DNA of 64,000 bases from Mytilus trossulus (taxonomy: Eukaryota): assembly GCF_036588685.1 (NCBI RefSeq), contig NC_086381.1:69936001-70000000 (forward strand). The letters run 5' to 3'. Positions 26,296 through 41,196 of this stretch are shown here, piece by piece; position 1 is the first letter of the stretch, and each line of letters opens with the position of its first letter. A program made the position numbers and the translations under genes. Below the pieces are notes generated by a model. The model saw only the letters and a program-made list of their open reading frames with translations. It searched no databases and was not told the DNA's origin.

Positions 26296-27380
26296 GTGCG
26301 CTTCAGTTCATAATTTAGGTGTGTTTTACACAGCAACACTTCAACACTTTTTATTGATTTTTTCTTTTCCTAATAACAGATTAGGGATCATCTCAAAAGT
26401 GGAATTATTTGTAAAGTAATTAAATCGCATGAATAGGTATTTCCTACTACAATCTTCATATTGTAAAATTGTATCAGAATTTAAAGATGAATATGGAATG
26501 TCATTCTTAATAACAGACAAAACACAGAATTAAAATGTCTTTTAACTTTGTTTTATTGGATGGGTGCAATTTTTTTCAAAGTTAAACCAACATGTACTTA
26601 CATGTTCCTTTATACTAATATTTAACAGATTCTAATGAAAATGTAGTAGTAACTAGATTTTTATGTAAGTTATTTTTATAGAGAAATACCTTTATTTATA
26701 AGTCGACTTTTGAGATGATGTCTTACCAACATTTGACCAATGCTATTTGCTAATTCTGAAGATGGGCCTAAGTAAGGTTTATTTTGTGTACCTGTATAAA
26801 TAACGGTCCTTTGGATCATTGTTCATTTATTTATATACACAACATCAGGGATTTCCTGATGAGAATTTTTTTTTATGGTTTATTTTCTATTTCAGATTTT
26901 GATGATTCATTAAAATAAAATGAAATATATTTGTAACTGTGTAAAAATAGATAAAACATATTTTTGAGATTCTTTCTGAGTCTTCCAAAATTTCTGTATT
27001 TGATTAAGAATAATGAAGAAAAGTTGTTTCTTTATGGCAACATAATGAATAAGTTTATAGAGATATATTTTTCAGAAGAACATCCTTGAAAAAAAGTCCT
27101 AAATTTTATTCATACAAACAATTACTTAAAACTATTTTGGTTGGTTAACTTTTTTGTTTGTGTTAAGTTTTTGTTGTGTTAAAATTTCTTATTATGTGAC
27201 CTTTGTACTAATGTTTCATCGTTTGGTGATATTCATGTGTTTTTTATGAAAGGTTTTTACAGTTTGAAGTGACATTTTCACAATGATAAAACTGAGTTTA
27301 AAGATTTTTAGGATAAATCAAGTCTTCATTAACTGAGCAAATATAAAGACAGACATGAATTTCTCACAAAGCTTTGTACA

Positions 27381-27538
27381 TCTGTAATATCAAGTATAGC
27401 AGACATCACTCAACACTAAAACTAGGGCAGAATGAACAATACCAAAGTTCTCCAGTAATTCTGTAATATCAAGTATAGCAGACATCACTCAACACTAAAA
27501 CTAGGGCAGAATGAACAATACCAAAGTTCTCCAGTAAT
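27381..27538. repeat. 79-bp perfect tandem duplication
   Basis: TCTGTAATATCAAG...CTCCAGTAAT x2. Confidence 0.95.
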
Positions 27539-28973
27539 TCTAATAATTGTGGTTAGACTCTAAGAATTTCAAGAAATATTTTGTAAAAAATTGTGACACT
27601 TGTTATCAAAATTATCTGATCAATAAGATTTACAAAATAATGGCCACTCGTTGATAGAGATAAGTTATAAGATCTACTTAACACAAATACCAAAATTAAC
27701 CAAAATTCATATAATGCATTTGTAATAAAAAAAAAACCAGCTGACTATTCTTTTGTTGAGATACACATAATTACATTTCTGATTTTCAGAATACTTTTTA
27801 TGTTCAGTAACCACTGGTATTCACTAAAAAATAAGCAAAGTCCCTCAAATTGCAGTTCAGAGAGTTGCATGTATCTTGTTGTGATGTACATATTTCTATC
27901 TTTGTTTATCTGCTACATTGTATTGTAATTTCACTTTTTTGCTTAAGCCTGCATATAAGACTTAAAAATCGTTCAGGTTCCAATAATAAATAGGGATGAT
28001 ACCATTGACATTACACTGTGTGCAGATTTTCCAGCCAAATTATAGCATATAAATCAATGCTAATGTGTGCAGGTCTAACATATTAAAATACATTAACCAA
28101 CCAATATAACTGTTAAAATGCATCTGTAATTTAATATCATTGTGTTTCATACTATTTAAATAGATGATGGTTAAAGCAGTTTCTATACCCCAATTTGTTT
28201 TTATAGTTACATGTGTTCTTACTAACAGTTTTATAAGCTGTATGAACGGGTAAATTGAAACTTCTAGTTTATAAGCTGTATGAAAGGGTAAACTTCTAGT
28301 TGTTTATTTATTGGTTCTACCAAAGTTCCATGTCATCAGTTAAAAAGTTATATGTTTGAGATTGTCATTTCACTGAAGGATGTTACAATGTTAAAACATA
28401 AGTGATATATTTACCAATGAGACTACCATCTCCAGGAGACAAAATATTGGCCTTTAACAATGAGAAACATCCAATACCTGGATTCTTTATAGACATAAAC
28501 TGAAACAGATTCAAAAATTAAAACAAATGGCCTTTTTGATTATTAAACAAATATGGCACACTGCAAAAGTGGACAACCAATGAATTACAGGCTCCTGACT
28601 TGGGATATGTTTCATAGTTTGACAATTTATCTTTTCTTCTATAAAAAAAAAAAAAATCTCTCAAAGTAAAATCTAATATTGATGTTTCTGAATTGTAGAA
28701 TACACTAATCACTATAGAATACACCTATATTGATACAACAATTGCTTGGGTCTTGTTTTTTCTACAAATTTTTTTTGAACATTATCATGTAAATACAGTA
28801 TATTGAGAGCTTCAACAAAACAAAACAAGGTTTGTTAAAAGAACTGTTCCCTAAAAAGAAAGAAAATATTTCTTTACTTATAATTCTTTTAAATTATATA
28901 AGGTATTTTATTATTTGAGTTATGTCTAGAATTTGATGTATGTTTCTAATGTTAAGTTTTTATTCAATTTCAG

Positions 28974-29129
28974 CAGGAAGATGAACAGAATGAAAGAACT
29001 TCAACACCACCGAATCCTTTCATGACTCCACATAACAAGTTCAACAATGGACTTCAACAACTCGCGTCTCAACACAATGTAGACTTCTTGCCACCTATGC
29101 CAAGACCACCATTATTTTCAACATGGTAG
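28974..29129 (+). CDS. LMNTD1: LMNTD1-like terminal exon (QEDEQ...DFLPPMPRPPLFSTW*)
   Basis: tttcagCAG NAGNAG acceptor, 52 open codons to TAG, followed by AT-rich UTR-like sequence with AATAAA motifs. Confidence 0.72.
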   Translation, partial: QEDEQNERTSTPPNPFMTPHNKFNNGLQQLASQHNVDFLPPMPRPPLFSTW

Positions 29130-29365
29130 GACTGGACTGAGGAGAAGATGCTTTAGTGCGCTAGGATATAAGTTTATTGCAGTATAGTGTTGACTATTAA
29201 TCTCATTCCATGGTTATTACCTCATTAATTTCACCTGATTGAGTATGGCTCAAACAGCAAATCATTTAGAGAGGATTTATTATAGAAATGTAAAACTGAT
29301 TTCTTCACATGTCTAACTGATATTACTAAATGAATGTATTACTGAACATGCACTTATAATTAGTA

Positions 29366-29491
29366 ATTTACATACATGAGTATTATGTAGACCATATTAT
29401 AATTTACATTTACATACACGAGTATTATGTAGACCATATTATAATTTACATTTACATACATGAGTATTATGTAGACCATATTATAATTTAC
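29366..29491. repeat. ~42-bp tandem repeat x3 in the putative 3' UTR
   Basis: ATTTACATACATGAGTATTATGTAGACCATATTATAATTTAC. Confidence 0.9.
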
Positions 29492-32400
29492 CCCTTAACA
29501 ATTTTGGAAAGTCTGTGGTTTAATTATGAAGCCCTTTAAGATATATCTTATCAGGTGGAACTTATCAAATAATTATTAAACGAAGAATGCCGCTAAAGAG
29601 TTCAGGGATTACTTTAATGTATATGATACACTGGGTGGCTAAATCAATGAAATTAAAATAATGCATTTATATGTTTATGAGAAATTTTCCTATGCCAAAG
29701 ATTGTTTTTAAGGCAGTAATGCTAACTTTTAATAGCTTTCAGGAATAAATCCTTTTTGTGTCTTTAAATGTGATGATTCCGGAAAAAATGAGTCAATAAT
29801 TTTGAATAGGCATTTGTTTTAAACATTTAACTGTAGACATGTGTGTAGTGCAGACAGTGATTTTACTTTAACATTGAACAAAACTTTTTACAATATATAA
29901 TCATTCCAGGATATAACTGGTCTATATATTAATGCTTAAACTTATATTTTAAGATAAACTATTTTAATGTTATTTTAAACACAGAGGTAAAACATATCCC
30001 TTCTAATATAATTTAAAAGTTTTTTCTTTTTTAAAGAAATATTTGTTTATTGACAGGGTTCATACAGGGTATATTTTGTAAACACGTTTCTGTTTGTTTT
30101 CTGATTCAATCAGAATATTTCTTTGGTGGTATGGGAAGGGGAAGTCTTTTTTTTTCACCTTGGCTGATTATCTCCCTTTAATATATTTATTTTAATGAAT
30201 GAAATGAAAGATTGTTGTGTTGTTGTAATAAAAACCTTTACAACAGTTAACATTAAATACATGTTTGACTTGCTAAGCCTCTTCTAAATGTGCCAAAGGT
30301 ACAACTATTATTTTTATAAGGTCTTGTACTTAATAGACAAAAACCTGCTGATTTCTGCATTTAATTGTTTATTTTTATGTAGTTAATTGTTTATATAACA
30401 TAGTATATTAATTTGTCATCACTATAGAATGTTTCATTGCTTTTCTATGGAGACATTTTCAGATACAAAATCCCCTAGGAAATGTATAATATTGTGAATT
30501 ACTGATAAACCTCTACATGTAGTTTTGTTTTGATTGTGTATGAAGTTGTTGTCTCTCTCCTGTTTCTCTAACATCCATGATAAACAAAAACATGAATTGG
30601 TGAGGAAAGTGTCTACAGTCTAGGTACAGAAAGTTTATCTTATATGAGAAATAAATGCTAAAAAGTCAATGTAAAGAAATAGTATGTAGGTATTGTAAAA
30701 TGTGTCATTGTATAATAATATGATAGCCATTATATGATTGATTTGTTAACATAATAGAATCAAATTTCTGTGATTAATGCGACTGTGATATAATTTGTAA
30801 GAACTGATTGTAGTTTAGTGCTCATGAAGCAGAATATATTTAAACCAATGTATTATTCATATTGTATTTAATCTGTAAAGAATTTATGCATAAATATCAT
30901 TTATAAAGTGCAACTTTAGTATTTATGATATATTATTTAATTGAATACACACAATATATTTGTTCCAAGAATAAATATTTTTTTGTGTTTGCCTTGTTTA
31001 TATTTTGTAAGTGATTTTATCAATTACATTTCATACGTAGACATAAAAGCTGTCAATGTTATTGTTGTAGATTAGAACAATCTCTTATGTTTATAATGTC
31101 CTAAGAATAATTAAACACAGGGTCATGTATAATCTTTGTTATCAAATTTTTTTTTAAGTTTTAAATTATACATTAATTTGTTTTTTATATTATGGGAACT
31201 GTGAAGAATATTTCCTGTAAATTGGGTATCATTGCATTATGCTAGGTGATATTCTTGATTTTAAGTAAGGAGAAAATGGGACATACAAGGAATCTTATGC
31301 ATTTTAAATTATAAAAAGAACTGACCAAAATGTTCCATCACGTTCCAGACTTTGAAATATAACTAATCACTTTATTGGTAATGGTTGCCTCATTTTTGTA
31401 AACAATTGACTTCTTTGATTTTTAAACCAGACAACTTTGAAAGTGTTCTCATAAACAATGAACACATTGAGGTCTGTACTCTGTGTTATAAGAATGAGGA
31501 TTTTCACTTCATGTTACCTCTTCCTCTGCCTATGTATGATACCTTCTGGGAATTTAGGGAGAACACATTCCAGTGCAGTTTATGAATGTAAGTTAGCATT
31601 GCATGCTCTTTGGAGCTTACAGTTTTAAATTTTAATTTGCAGATATTTATATTTGCAGACTTTTGTTTAAGAAACATTATATCTATGTCGACATTTGTGT
31701 TTTTTCTTTTTCTTTTTTGGAATAAAGCTAAATAATTTCATGCTTTAGTAGGTAGCGTTAATAAGTATTTTGCTTTTATATTTTTTTTAATTTGAAAAGT
31801 ATTTTCTTATGATGAACACTTACAGTGTTGATGTATTATATGTTAGATCAAAATATTTCAAATAGAACATGCTGAAAATGATTTAATTACTATTTTTCAT
31901 ATATAATAAATACAATGATTTGGTCAGTTTGTTTTCGTTTTATATTTGAACAAGGTTGCATGTGTGAGTATAAGTAAATAAATATCATGAAATTTTGGCA
32001 ATGGTTTCATACATTGTGACTTTATATGTTTTGCAGAATGAAAAGCACATTTAAAATTTTGATACTCAATTTGCATTGGTCAAAACATCAGAAGGAGGAT
32101 TTTTACCATCCCGTACAATTGTCTGGTATTCTGGTACCCAGACCAGAGTTTAAACCCAAGTTGGTCTAAGTTGTTCCTTATTTTTTTCCCTGGAGATCAA
32201 TCTACTGATATCTCTTCCATTTGTCTGTTCCCACTAAGTGTCCCTGTGTTTCTCTCTTATAGAACTTTGGCTTCCTCCACTCCCTGTGTGTTGGGGTGGG
32301 GATTGTCCTTGTAAATATTGATGTAAATACAATGTTAGTGATACATCTTTATTTACCTTGAAAGGGAGGGTACATGGATTCCACTGTACCCTCACTGCTC

Positions 32401-33468
32401 TCAAGAGATGCTCCAATAACCGATGAAATTAAGAGTATTAAAAAAAAAAAAAAATATCAATTAGGAAAAATGCATTTTTAAGATTTTTTTTCTGCCATTA
32501 TATAGAAGGCAAATGCATACAATGGTCCTCATCTGAACAAAATGTACAAACTTAGGATTCCTTTGTTTCAATGGATACAGATAGATGGTATAATATTAGT
32601 AATGCCTATTTATTGACAAAACTGCAGAGTCATCATACTGACCAAGACTTTAATTTCTGAATTTGCTGAATTTTTTTCAGACTTACCTAGTAATAACTAT
32701 GTTTTAATGTAAAAAGTAAAAACACAAAAATACTGAACTCCAAGGAAAATCCAAAATCAAAAGGCAAAATCAAAAGTCCAAACACATCAAACGAATGGAT
32801 AACAACTGTCATATTCCTGACTTGGTACAGGGCAATTCATATATAGGATGAAATGTGAAAACTAAAAATCTTAGGTCATTGCCAAATACCCAATTTCACA
32901 CAATGTAGACATCTCTACTTTATACAAAGTTAAGCTATGAAGTTGCAAATTAATATAAGGTAAAAGTCCAAGTCAGCTTTTTCCCACCAAATTTTAAAAG
33001 TCAAATATCTTGAAAAGGATCTCTATGGCCGCTCAATAGTTTTAGCCTATTTTTTACTTAAGATTACTTATGAACTTAAAGTTTCAATTTTGATTTTTGA
33101 TTTTTTAAATTTCACATTAGTACATTTTTAAGGAGCTATAAACAAGGGCTACGTAAACACAATGGAATTAAACCTTACCTTTTTCTTGTTGATAGATGTT
33201 AAAAATTCTTTAAAACTATCCTTTGCATTGCAAGTAGATAATATGTAAAATGCAACAAAAAAAACCCTAGCCTTTGTGTATACTAATTAAACTGCAAAAA
33301 CACATGTGTGGTTGATTCTAAGTGAAATGCTATAAAACTAAATTTGTTGATACAAATACATACGTTGTAAAACTAGCCCTTTCTTAGTAAATGCTTAGTA
33401 AAATGCTATAAAACTAAACCTGGCTTAGTTGATGCTAAGTAACATGCTAAAAAACATACCCCCTTTAT

Positions 33469-34819
33469 TAGCTCACCTGGCCTAAAAGGTCATGTGAGCT
33501 TTTCTCATCACTTGGGGTCCGTCGTCGTTGTTGTCGTTAACAATTTTTCAAACATCTTCTCCTCTAAAACTACTAAATGGATTTGAATGCAACTTAGCAT
33601 GATTGTTCCTTAGATTATCCTGCACAAAATGTGGGCTTCGTTTTTTGATCCGTCAAAAAACATGGCCGTTGTTACTTAAAATAGAACATAGGGGTCAAAT
33701 GCAGTTTTTGGCTTATATCTCAAAAACGAAAGCATTTAGAGCAAATCTGACACGGGGGTAAAAATGTTCATTAGGTCAAGATTTATCAGCCCTGAAATTT
33801 TCAGATGAATCAAACAAACCATTGTTGGGTTGCTGCCACTTAGTTGGTAAATTTAAGGAAATTTTGCAGTTTTTGGTCATTATCTTGAATACTATTATAG
33901 ATAAAGATAAACTGTAAACAGCAAAAATGATCAGCAAAGTAAGATCTACAAATAAATTAATATGACCAAAATTGTCAATTGACCCCTTAAGGGGTTATTG
34001 TCCTTTAATGACATTTTCACAATTTGTTCATCATATTTGCTAACTTTAAAAAATCTTCTCCTCTAAAACTACTCAACCAAATTCAACCAAACTTCAACTG
34101 AATGATCAGTAGGGTGTATAAAATAAAGTTTGTGCTTTATTATTTATTTCGTCAAAAAACATGGCCGTCATGGCTAAAAATAGAACACAGGGTAAAATGC
34201 AGTTTTTGGCTTATATCTCAAAAACGCCATCATTTAGAGCAAATAAGACAAGAAGTCAAAGTATTTATTAGGTCAAGGTCTACCTGTCCTGAAATTTTCA
34301 GCCGAATTGGGTTACTGGTTTTTCAGGTATAATGCCCCTGAATTGATGATTTTAAAGAAATTTTGCAGTTTTTGGTTATTATCTTGAATATTATTATAGA
34401 TACAGATAAACTGTTAATAGCAACAATGTTAAGCAAAGTAAGATCTACAAATAAGTCAATTTGACCAAAATTGTCAATTGACCCCTTAAGGAGTTATTGC
34501 CCTTTAAAGACTTTTTTCACAATTTGTTCATCATGTTGACTTACTTTAAAAAATCTTCTCCTTTGAAACTACTGTATCAATTTCAGCCAAACTTAGGCTA
34601 AATGAATTTCAGAGTATCTAGTATAAATTTTATATATGTCAAGAAACAGCTCCTATGGCTAAAATAGAACATAGGAGAAAATGATTTTTTTTTTTGCTTT
34701 TGAAGAAAATAGGATGATTCAAAGAACATTTAAATAAATTGAAAAGCCAAAATAATCATTGATGAGAGATTTAACCAAAAAAATTAAGGTGAGCGATTCA
34801 GGCTCTTGAGAGCCTCTTG
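33469..34819 (+). mobile_element. HINE family C with ~500-bp internal repeats (diverged copy)
   Basis: 5' AGCTCACCTGG..GTGAGCT hairpin, (CGT)n, 3' AGGTGAGC plus hairpin AGGCTCTTGAGAGCCT; same family as 59077-61616. Confidence 0.8.
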
Positions 34820-35420
34820 TTGTTCATGCTAAGAACAATGCTACGTAACTAGCCCCTGGCCGATTTGATGTTAAGTAAAATGCTATTAAACTATCCATGC
34901 CTAGTTGATGCTAAATGAAATGCCATTAAACTAGCCATGTCTAGTTGATGCTAAATGAAATGCCATTAATCAAGCCATGTCCAGTTGATTCTAAATAAAA
35001 TGCCATTAAACATGCCATGTCTATAGTAGATGCTAAATGAAATGCCATTAAACAACCTATGCCTAGTTGATGCTAAATGAAATGCCATTAAACTAGCCAT
35101 GCATAGTTGATGCTTAGTGAAATGCCTTTAAACTTTCCATGCATAGTTGATGCTAGATGAAATGCAATTAAACTAGCCATACCTAGTTGATGCTAAGTGA
35201 AATGCCATTAAACTAGCCGTGTTTAGTTGATGCAAAATGAAATGCCATTAAACTAGACTGTCTTTGTCATTTTGATGTAAAGTTAAATGCCATTAAACAA
35301 GCCATGTCTAGTTGATGCTCAATAAAATGCCATTAAACTAGCCATATATAATATAAAAAAAGATGTGGTTTGATTGCCAATGAGACAACTATCCACAAAA
35401 TGCCTAGTTGATGCTAAGCG
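34820..35420. repeat. 40-bp minisatellite (degenerate units also at ~33300-33460, left of the HINE)
   Basis: Unit CTAGTTGATGCTAAATGAAATGCCATTAAACTAGCCATGC. Confidence 0.9.
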
Positions 35421-35496
35421 AACAATTGGTTAAGGTTAGATAACTTCTTCGACTAGACATGTTAATGAATTTACAATTCAAAAGCTTTAAAGGTTT

Positions 35497-35815
35497 TTAA
35501 TGTTGCCATTACTATTTCTTTGTTTTCTGGCAATGTGCAGTTTACTATCCATATCCATAAACTGAAAAACCTAAAGGGATCTAAGTCGCCATCTTGAATC
35601 ATGTGAATTGCATTCCCTTCTTTAGATAGTAAAAGAAAATGAGGGCTGTTGTAAGGTATAAAGTAATTTAATAATATTTTTAATTATTTTTTATCTTAAG
35701 TAGGGAAGGCAGTTCAAGATGGCGACTTATATCCCTTTAGGTTTTTTCAGTATATGGATATGGATAGTAAATTGCAAATTGCCAGAAAACGAAGAAATAA
35801 TAATGGCACCGTTAA
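35497..35815. mobile_element. Foldback/MITE with ~100-140-bp inverted arms, TTAA at both ends
   Basis: TGCCATTA..TATCCATATCCATA..AAGTCGCCATCTTGAA mirrored by TTCAAGATGGCGACTT..TATGGATATGGATA..TAATGGCA. Confidence 0.75.
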
Positions 35816-38800
35816 ATACGTAATAAAGTAATGCAAATAAACAGGAAATAATAAAAAAAAAAAAATTAAAAACATTGATTTACGAAATTTTAATTTGCTA
35901 ACCGAGTCCCTGTGTGGATACCAACTATCAGTAATTAATTATTAAACATATTTAAAGGAAACAAGATATTTGTATAAGTGGGACCAGTTGGTAGATCTTT
36001 ATTCAGTGGGGTTTAAACCCTTTTCGTTAATAAGTAAGTTAACAGATTGATTGTTTAATTTGATTTGACACTTTTTCAAAAGTGGGGCGAGTCGGTAAAC
36101 AAGAGTGGGTCTATTCTTTTATGAGGCAATGCCAGAGAAAACCAGGCAGAACTTGGAAATTTTGTTCAACAGCCTTTTTGAGATAAATGTGTTTTTGTAA
36201 TGTATCCACCTTGTTTTGTTGGGAAATGACATTTTAAAAAGTCATATTGGGTTATTATGTATAAAAAAATGAATTTGATTTTTCAGTAAATTTGACTGCT
36301 TATATAGGGAAATAGGGGTATTAATTTCTCAAAAAAAAACAGTCTACAATATAACAATTGATATATATTCTAACAGATATCCATGAATACAGCAGGAAAT
36401 GATAATAACATCTTTGGTATCTGTTGATATGTAAATGTTCTAATGCAGTAAACTGTCAGGAAACAGCAGTTTATTTTCGTCTTTTTGGTGTTTAGACATA
36501 CAAAAGTGATGCTCTTCAATTTAAAAACCGATAAAGGTTGTAACCAGCTGGTAATGTTTTGACAGAAAAATGAACTTCTGTTGTATATTTGCATACATAA
36601 TTGAACATTTTGATAAGATTTAAGAAAAGTACATAACTTTGTGGTGTTGGGAAACTTATTTCCCTCACCAGGAGATTGTTGCATACATGTACGGGTGATT
36701 TCCAGACAGAGGTAGTTACAATATCTGTACGGGAAATTTTATGAGGATTATTTATAAGACTGAAATTATTGTATTATTTGCTGGAAATGTGGAATATGAG
36801 GAATTTAAAGCCATTCGTGAGTAGTTTTTGATGATTCAGCTGGACAAATGCTGGAAGTTATACAGTTTTCTCCCACCTTCAAACAGTACATGGTATATCA
36901 TGGACACCAAAAGCAAACTATAAAGATCTAAATGCCATAATTTTGTGCATCTTGAAAACTGGAAAGGCGGATCACTTTGAAGCAGATGATAGTGATAGTG
37001 TTTAAAGGATACTTTGCGACAGTTATACCAGTTGGAACAGGTAATAGTTTAAATTATTAAAGTTTAAAATTACTTCTCAGATAAATAATTTATGTGGCCC
37101 GTTCAATAATTTTAATACATCCCCCTTTTCCCTCATATTTTTAGTTACAATGTGAAATTATTCTCTGCAAATGTATGATCTGTGCTGAAAGCAATTTTAT
37201 ACAATTTTATTCATCATGTTCAAACATTATTTGAATAGGATAAAAATTTAAAATAAAAAAAAACAAAAAAAAATGCATGTATCAGGCTCAAAAGTTACAA
37301 AAAAAAAGAAGATTTGGTTATGATCATGATGATTGCCAGTGAGAAAATCACATGTACAACTATCCTCCATATACACAACAGACCATACATGTCTATCACC
37401 TTATTTATTATGCTTATCATTAATATTTACATGTCAGTAAGGTATGTTCATGTGCCAAAATGAATGTACAAAAATGTACAAGTAGGCAAAATGAGACTAC
37501 AACTGAATACATTTGCATGTACATGTACAATGTACATGTAGAATAGATAAATGTATAAAAAGATGTGGCATGAGTGTCAATGATAGATCATGATACAACT
37601 CTCCATCCAAGTCACAATTTATAAAAGTAAAGACAATCCTACAGTTATCAGGATAGTCATACATTTGTATGTATGTTTATGTCAGATATACAATGTACAT
37701 GTAAACAGTAAGCTTAATTTGTTAAAAATCAGGAACGTCAAATTTAAATTTCCTGTAATTTTGATTGCTACATATACAGTGTACCTATATTTTATGACAT
37801 ATGAAAGACACACATATATTGAAAAGTGGTAAATTAATCATGATTACATATATATTTATTTATAAAAATAAAACTTGTATATCAAATCTTAAGATAATTA
37901 GATTCTTAATCCGCTTTTTAGATGGGATCTTTTGGGACAGCAATACCTTTGTTTCATAAAATTGTTGTTTATTTTCCTTCGTGTCCTTAGAAACTAAATT
38001 AGACATGTGATATATATACATGATACAATTTCAAGGATTTCAAACTTTTAACATTAAGTTCAAAACTGAAAAAAATGTTTAAAAATTAGCACATTTTGAG
38101 ATCTTGTCATTAGAATTTAGATACAAATGTACATTTGTACATGTACATGTGTGATCCTGAAGTGCATAACATATACGGTTAATTTGACTCAAATATAACA
38201 AGTAAAGTTGTTTAGTAATAAGTTAATCACAATTTACCTTTCTGCTTTAAAGTGTTCATTTAGATCATTTTATACATTAACCTGTCCATTTAAAAATAGA
38301 ATTAATCATACAAAAAAGTCTTTTAACTTTGAATATTTGAATGTAGTAAGATGCTAACAGCTCATTATATATTTAAGAAAATAACTAATTTGATTTTAAA
38401 TACAATTTTCCAAATTCAATTTAAAGAATAATTGATCACCTTATAATCTGTTATTTCTTTAAACAGATAAAAGATACATCAGATGACAGACTTACATATA
38501 GAGGAGCCTATAATTAGAAAAATGGATCAACTTGATTTTGAAGTTAACCTACTGCATTAATATGAAAATTCATAAGTGAGTACCAGTATCTCTTAAAGTA
38601 CATTTTTTACATGTTTATCTATATTTTGATAAAGTACCATATGAGATAAAGTATGTGAAATCTTAAATCCTGTAAATAAACTAGACATTACATCAGTACA
38701 TAATGTAAATCAGAATAAGAATGCATAACAAATGAATTGTTAAACATTTTAATATGACCAGTGTCAGCTTAATTTAAGAACAATTTAAAACACAGATGAC

Positions 38801-40005
38801 ACACACATAAAAATTAATGAGACCAAGTGTGTATTTTCCAGATATACAAGAAGGGTTTTAATCTCTCACTACACATGTATTTGAAGTCCTGAATGTGAAA
38901 TCTTCTAAAAAAATATACTAAACTTCAAATATGTGTACTTGAATATATGTATATAATATTAAAATTCATCTTATTTAATATAATTAATTTAAAACATTTT
39001 CAAGCAAAAAAATGATGTATAAATGTATAGCTTGACTATTCCTTCATTTGTTTTCAGGTGACTGAGCTTAAAGAAAATCACACATGAAACTGTAACCAAT
39101 TTTGGAGACTCATACAACAGAACATTTCAATACCTATTAAGTTTTTTATGTATATGTTTGACTTTTGGACATATTTTGGGAGTTACTTTAGTAATTGAGA
39201 GACCTCAATGTTGAAAAATGACAATTTTGATAGAGGACAATTTTAAGAATATCAACTTAGTTGTTTATGAATCTTTATCTTTTAAAATATTACTGGGTGT
39301 CTGAAAGAATATTTCAAAAATTTCTGAAACTATTTAGATATTTATCATGTTTCATGTGTTTATATAGGCAAATATTTATACATGTCATTTATGTTATGCA
39401 AGGGTTTATATGAATTTCTAAAAAGATGTATATATATGTGTTGATAAAATAAGTTCCAAATTATTACAGAGTAACAGAAAATGGGATCAATTTATATTAA
39501 AACCAATCTGTTAAAAGGGAATGAAAAGTCAAAAATTGTATTTTTTAAAATACATGTAATTGTGTTAACATTTTTGTGCTATTTAGAAATATGTACACAA
39601 AAAAAAAAAAAAATTAATATAAGTATCAATGTAGTATGCCCTTGTTATTTTTTGTTTTTTGCAGTACATGCATTTGAATCTTGATCAAAATTTATGGATT
39701 GAATTACTAAACAGAATAAACTAATTGTTATGTTAACACTGTTGCTAAGTATATGTCACATTTAATCAGTCCAAGTTATCCGTCTTATTACAAAGGAGGT
39801 TTGATATGATTGCCAATTTCAAGGCTACATGTACCTATCACAGTTCTCTTTAAGACATAATCATTGTGATGTATGGGAATAGTTCTCTGTTGTCATATTC
39901 TGACTTTTATACAAACCAAGTGATGAAGATAAAGGATGCTTCTATTTCCAAAGGTTTTGAAGAAACTGCTATGGAACACAATAAAAATCAGAAGATGTAG
40001 TATAA

Positions 40006-40131
40006 CAGTGGCGGATCCAGAAATTTTCATAAGAAGGAGCCCACTGACTGACCTAAGGGGCCCCCTCCAGTCACGCTTCAGTGATTACCTATACGACCCC
40101 CCCCCCCCCTGCCCCCTCTAAATCCGCCTCT
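40006..40131. mobile_element. Short MITE with CAGTGGCGGAT/ATCCGCCTCTG termini
   Basis: Imperfect TIRs; no clear TSD. Confidence 0.6.
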
Positions 40132-41196
40132 GCATAATTGTAATCAGACAACTCTCCATTAAGAGACCATACACTGTAAAAGTTTATAGTAATAGGTACA
40201 GCCTTCAATAAAGAATTAAACCACTCTGCATAATCATATTTAATTTTGCAAAAACAAAGAGCATTTTTGTCACTATCAATTATATACATGCATGTTCTAA
40301 TGTATTCATGTGGTGTCTGTCCTTGATTTGAAATTCCTCCCCCCCCCCCAAAAAAAAAACAAATATAAATGGAAAAGATCCATGGTCATGATGGTCATGC
40401 CAGTTGGGAGTTCAGAGTATATAAGGTTGAGAAATGAGGATCTAATCATTTATTATTCGACTGCAAACAATTTTTGGGAATGTATAATGGTATGTCGTCA
40501 TTGTTGTTGTCTGAAGACACATTGGTTTCTGGACAATACCTTCATTTTAAATTAATGGATATCTATGAAATTTTGTTATAAGGTTCAATTCCCCTAAAGG
40601 AAGGTTTGGATAAATTTGGGGATGATGGTCCTTGGAACACAACAGATTGTCTTGAGGTGCTGCACACATGTGCCGAATATCAAAAGATTTTGTCAAAGGG
40701 CAAACAGATAATGCTCCCGACACAAAATTGTAAACAAAAGTCATCTTTTAACTTTGGGGTCAAAGGTCAAAGTACAGCAAAAAAAATGTATTATAGGTAT
40801 CTGTGGCATTGACTTATGATCTAGATGCCAATTCAATGAGAATTTTCTTGCATCTTCCAACTAAGTACTTTCATGGTGAAAATTTGTACGTAAAAGGCCT
40901 ACAGGAAATGAATAGTGTACATTTTATGCTTGCTATGGCAACCAAAGGAACAAAGTGGCGACAAGACTACAACTTTTTTTCTTTATTTTTTTTCATCAAA
41001 AACTCACTAAAACATGATAAATACAATAAAGATGCAAAAGTGTATGGTATTTTGCAACTTAATCCATGTAATACCATTTTGGTTTGCCAAAGCATAATTT
41101 TCTCAATATTACAATTTTCCTTATTTTTTGCATTTTTTTAATGAATTGTTTTAAAAAGAGTAAAAAAGATACCAAAAATTGTACTTTCATTATTTT

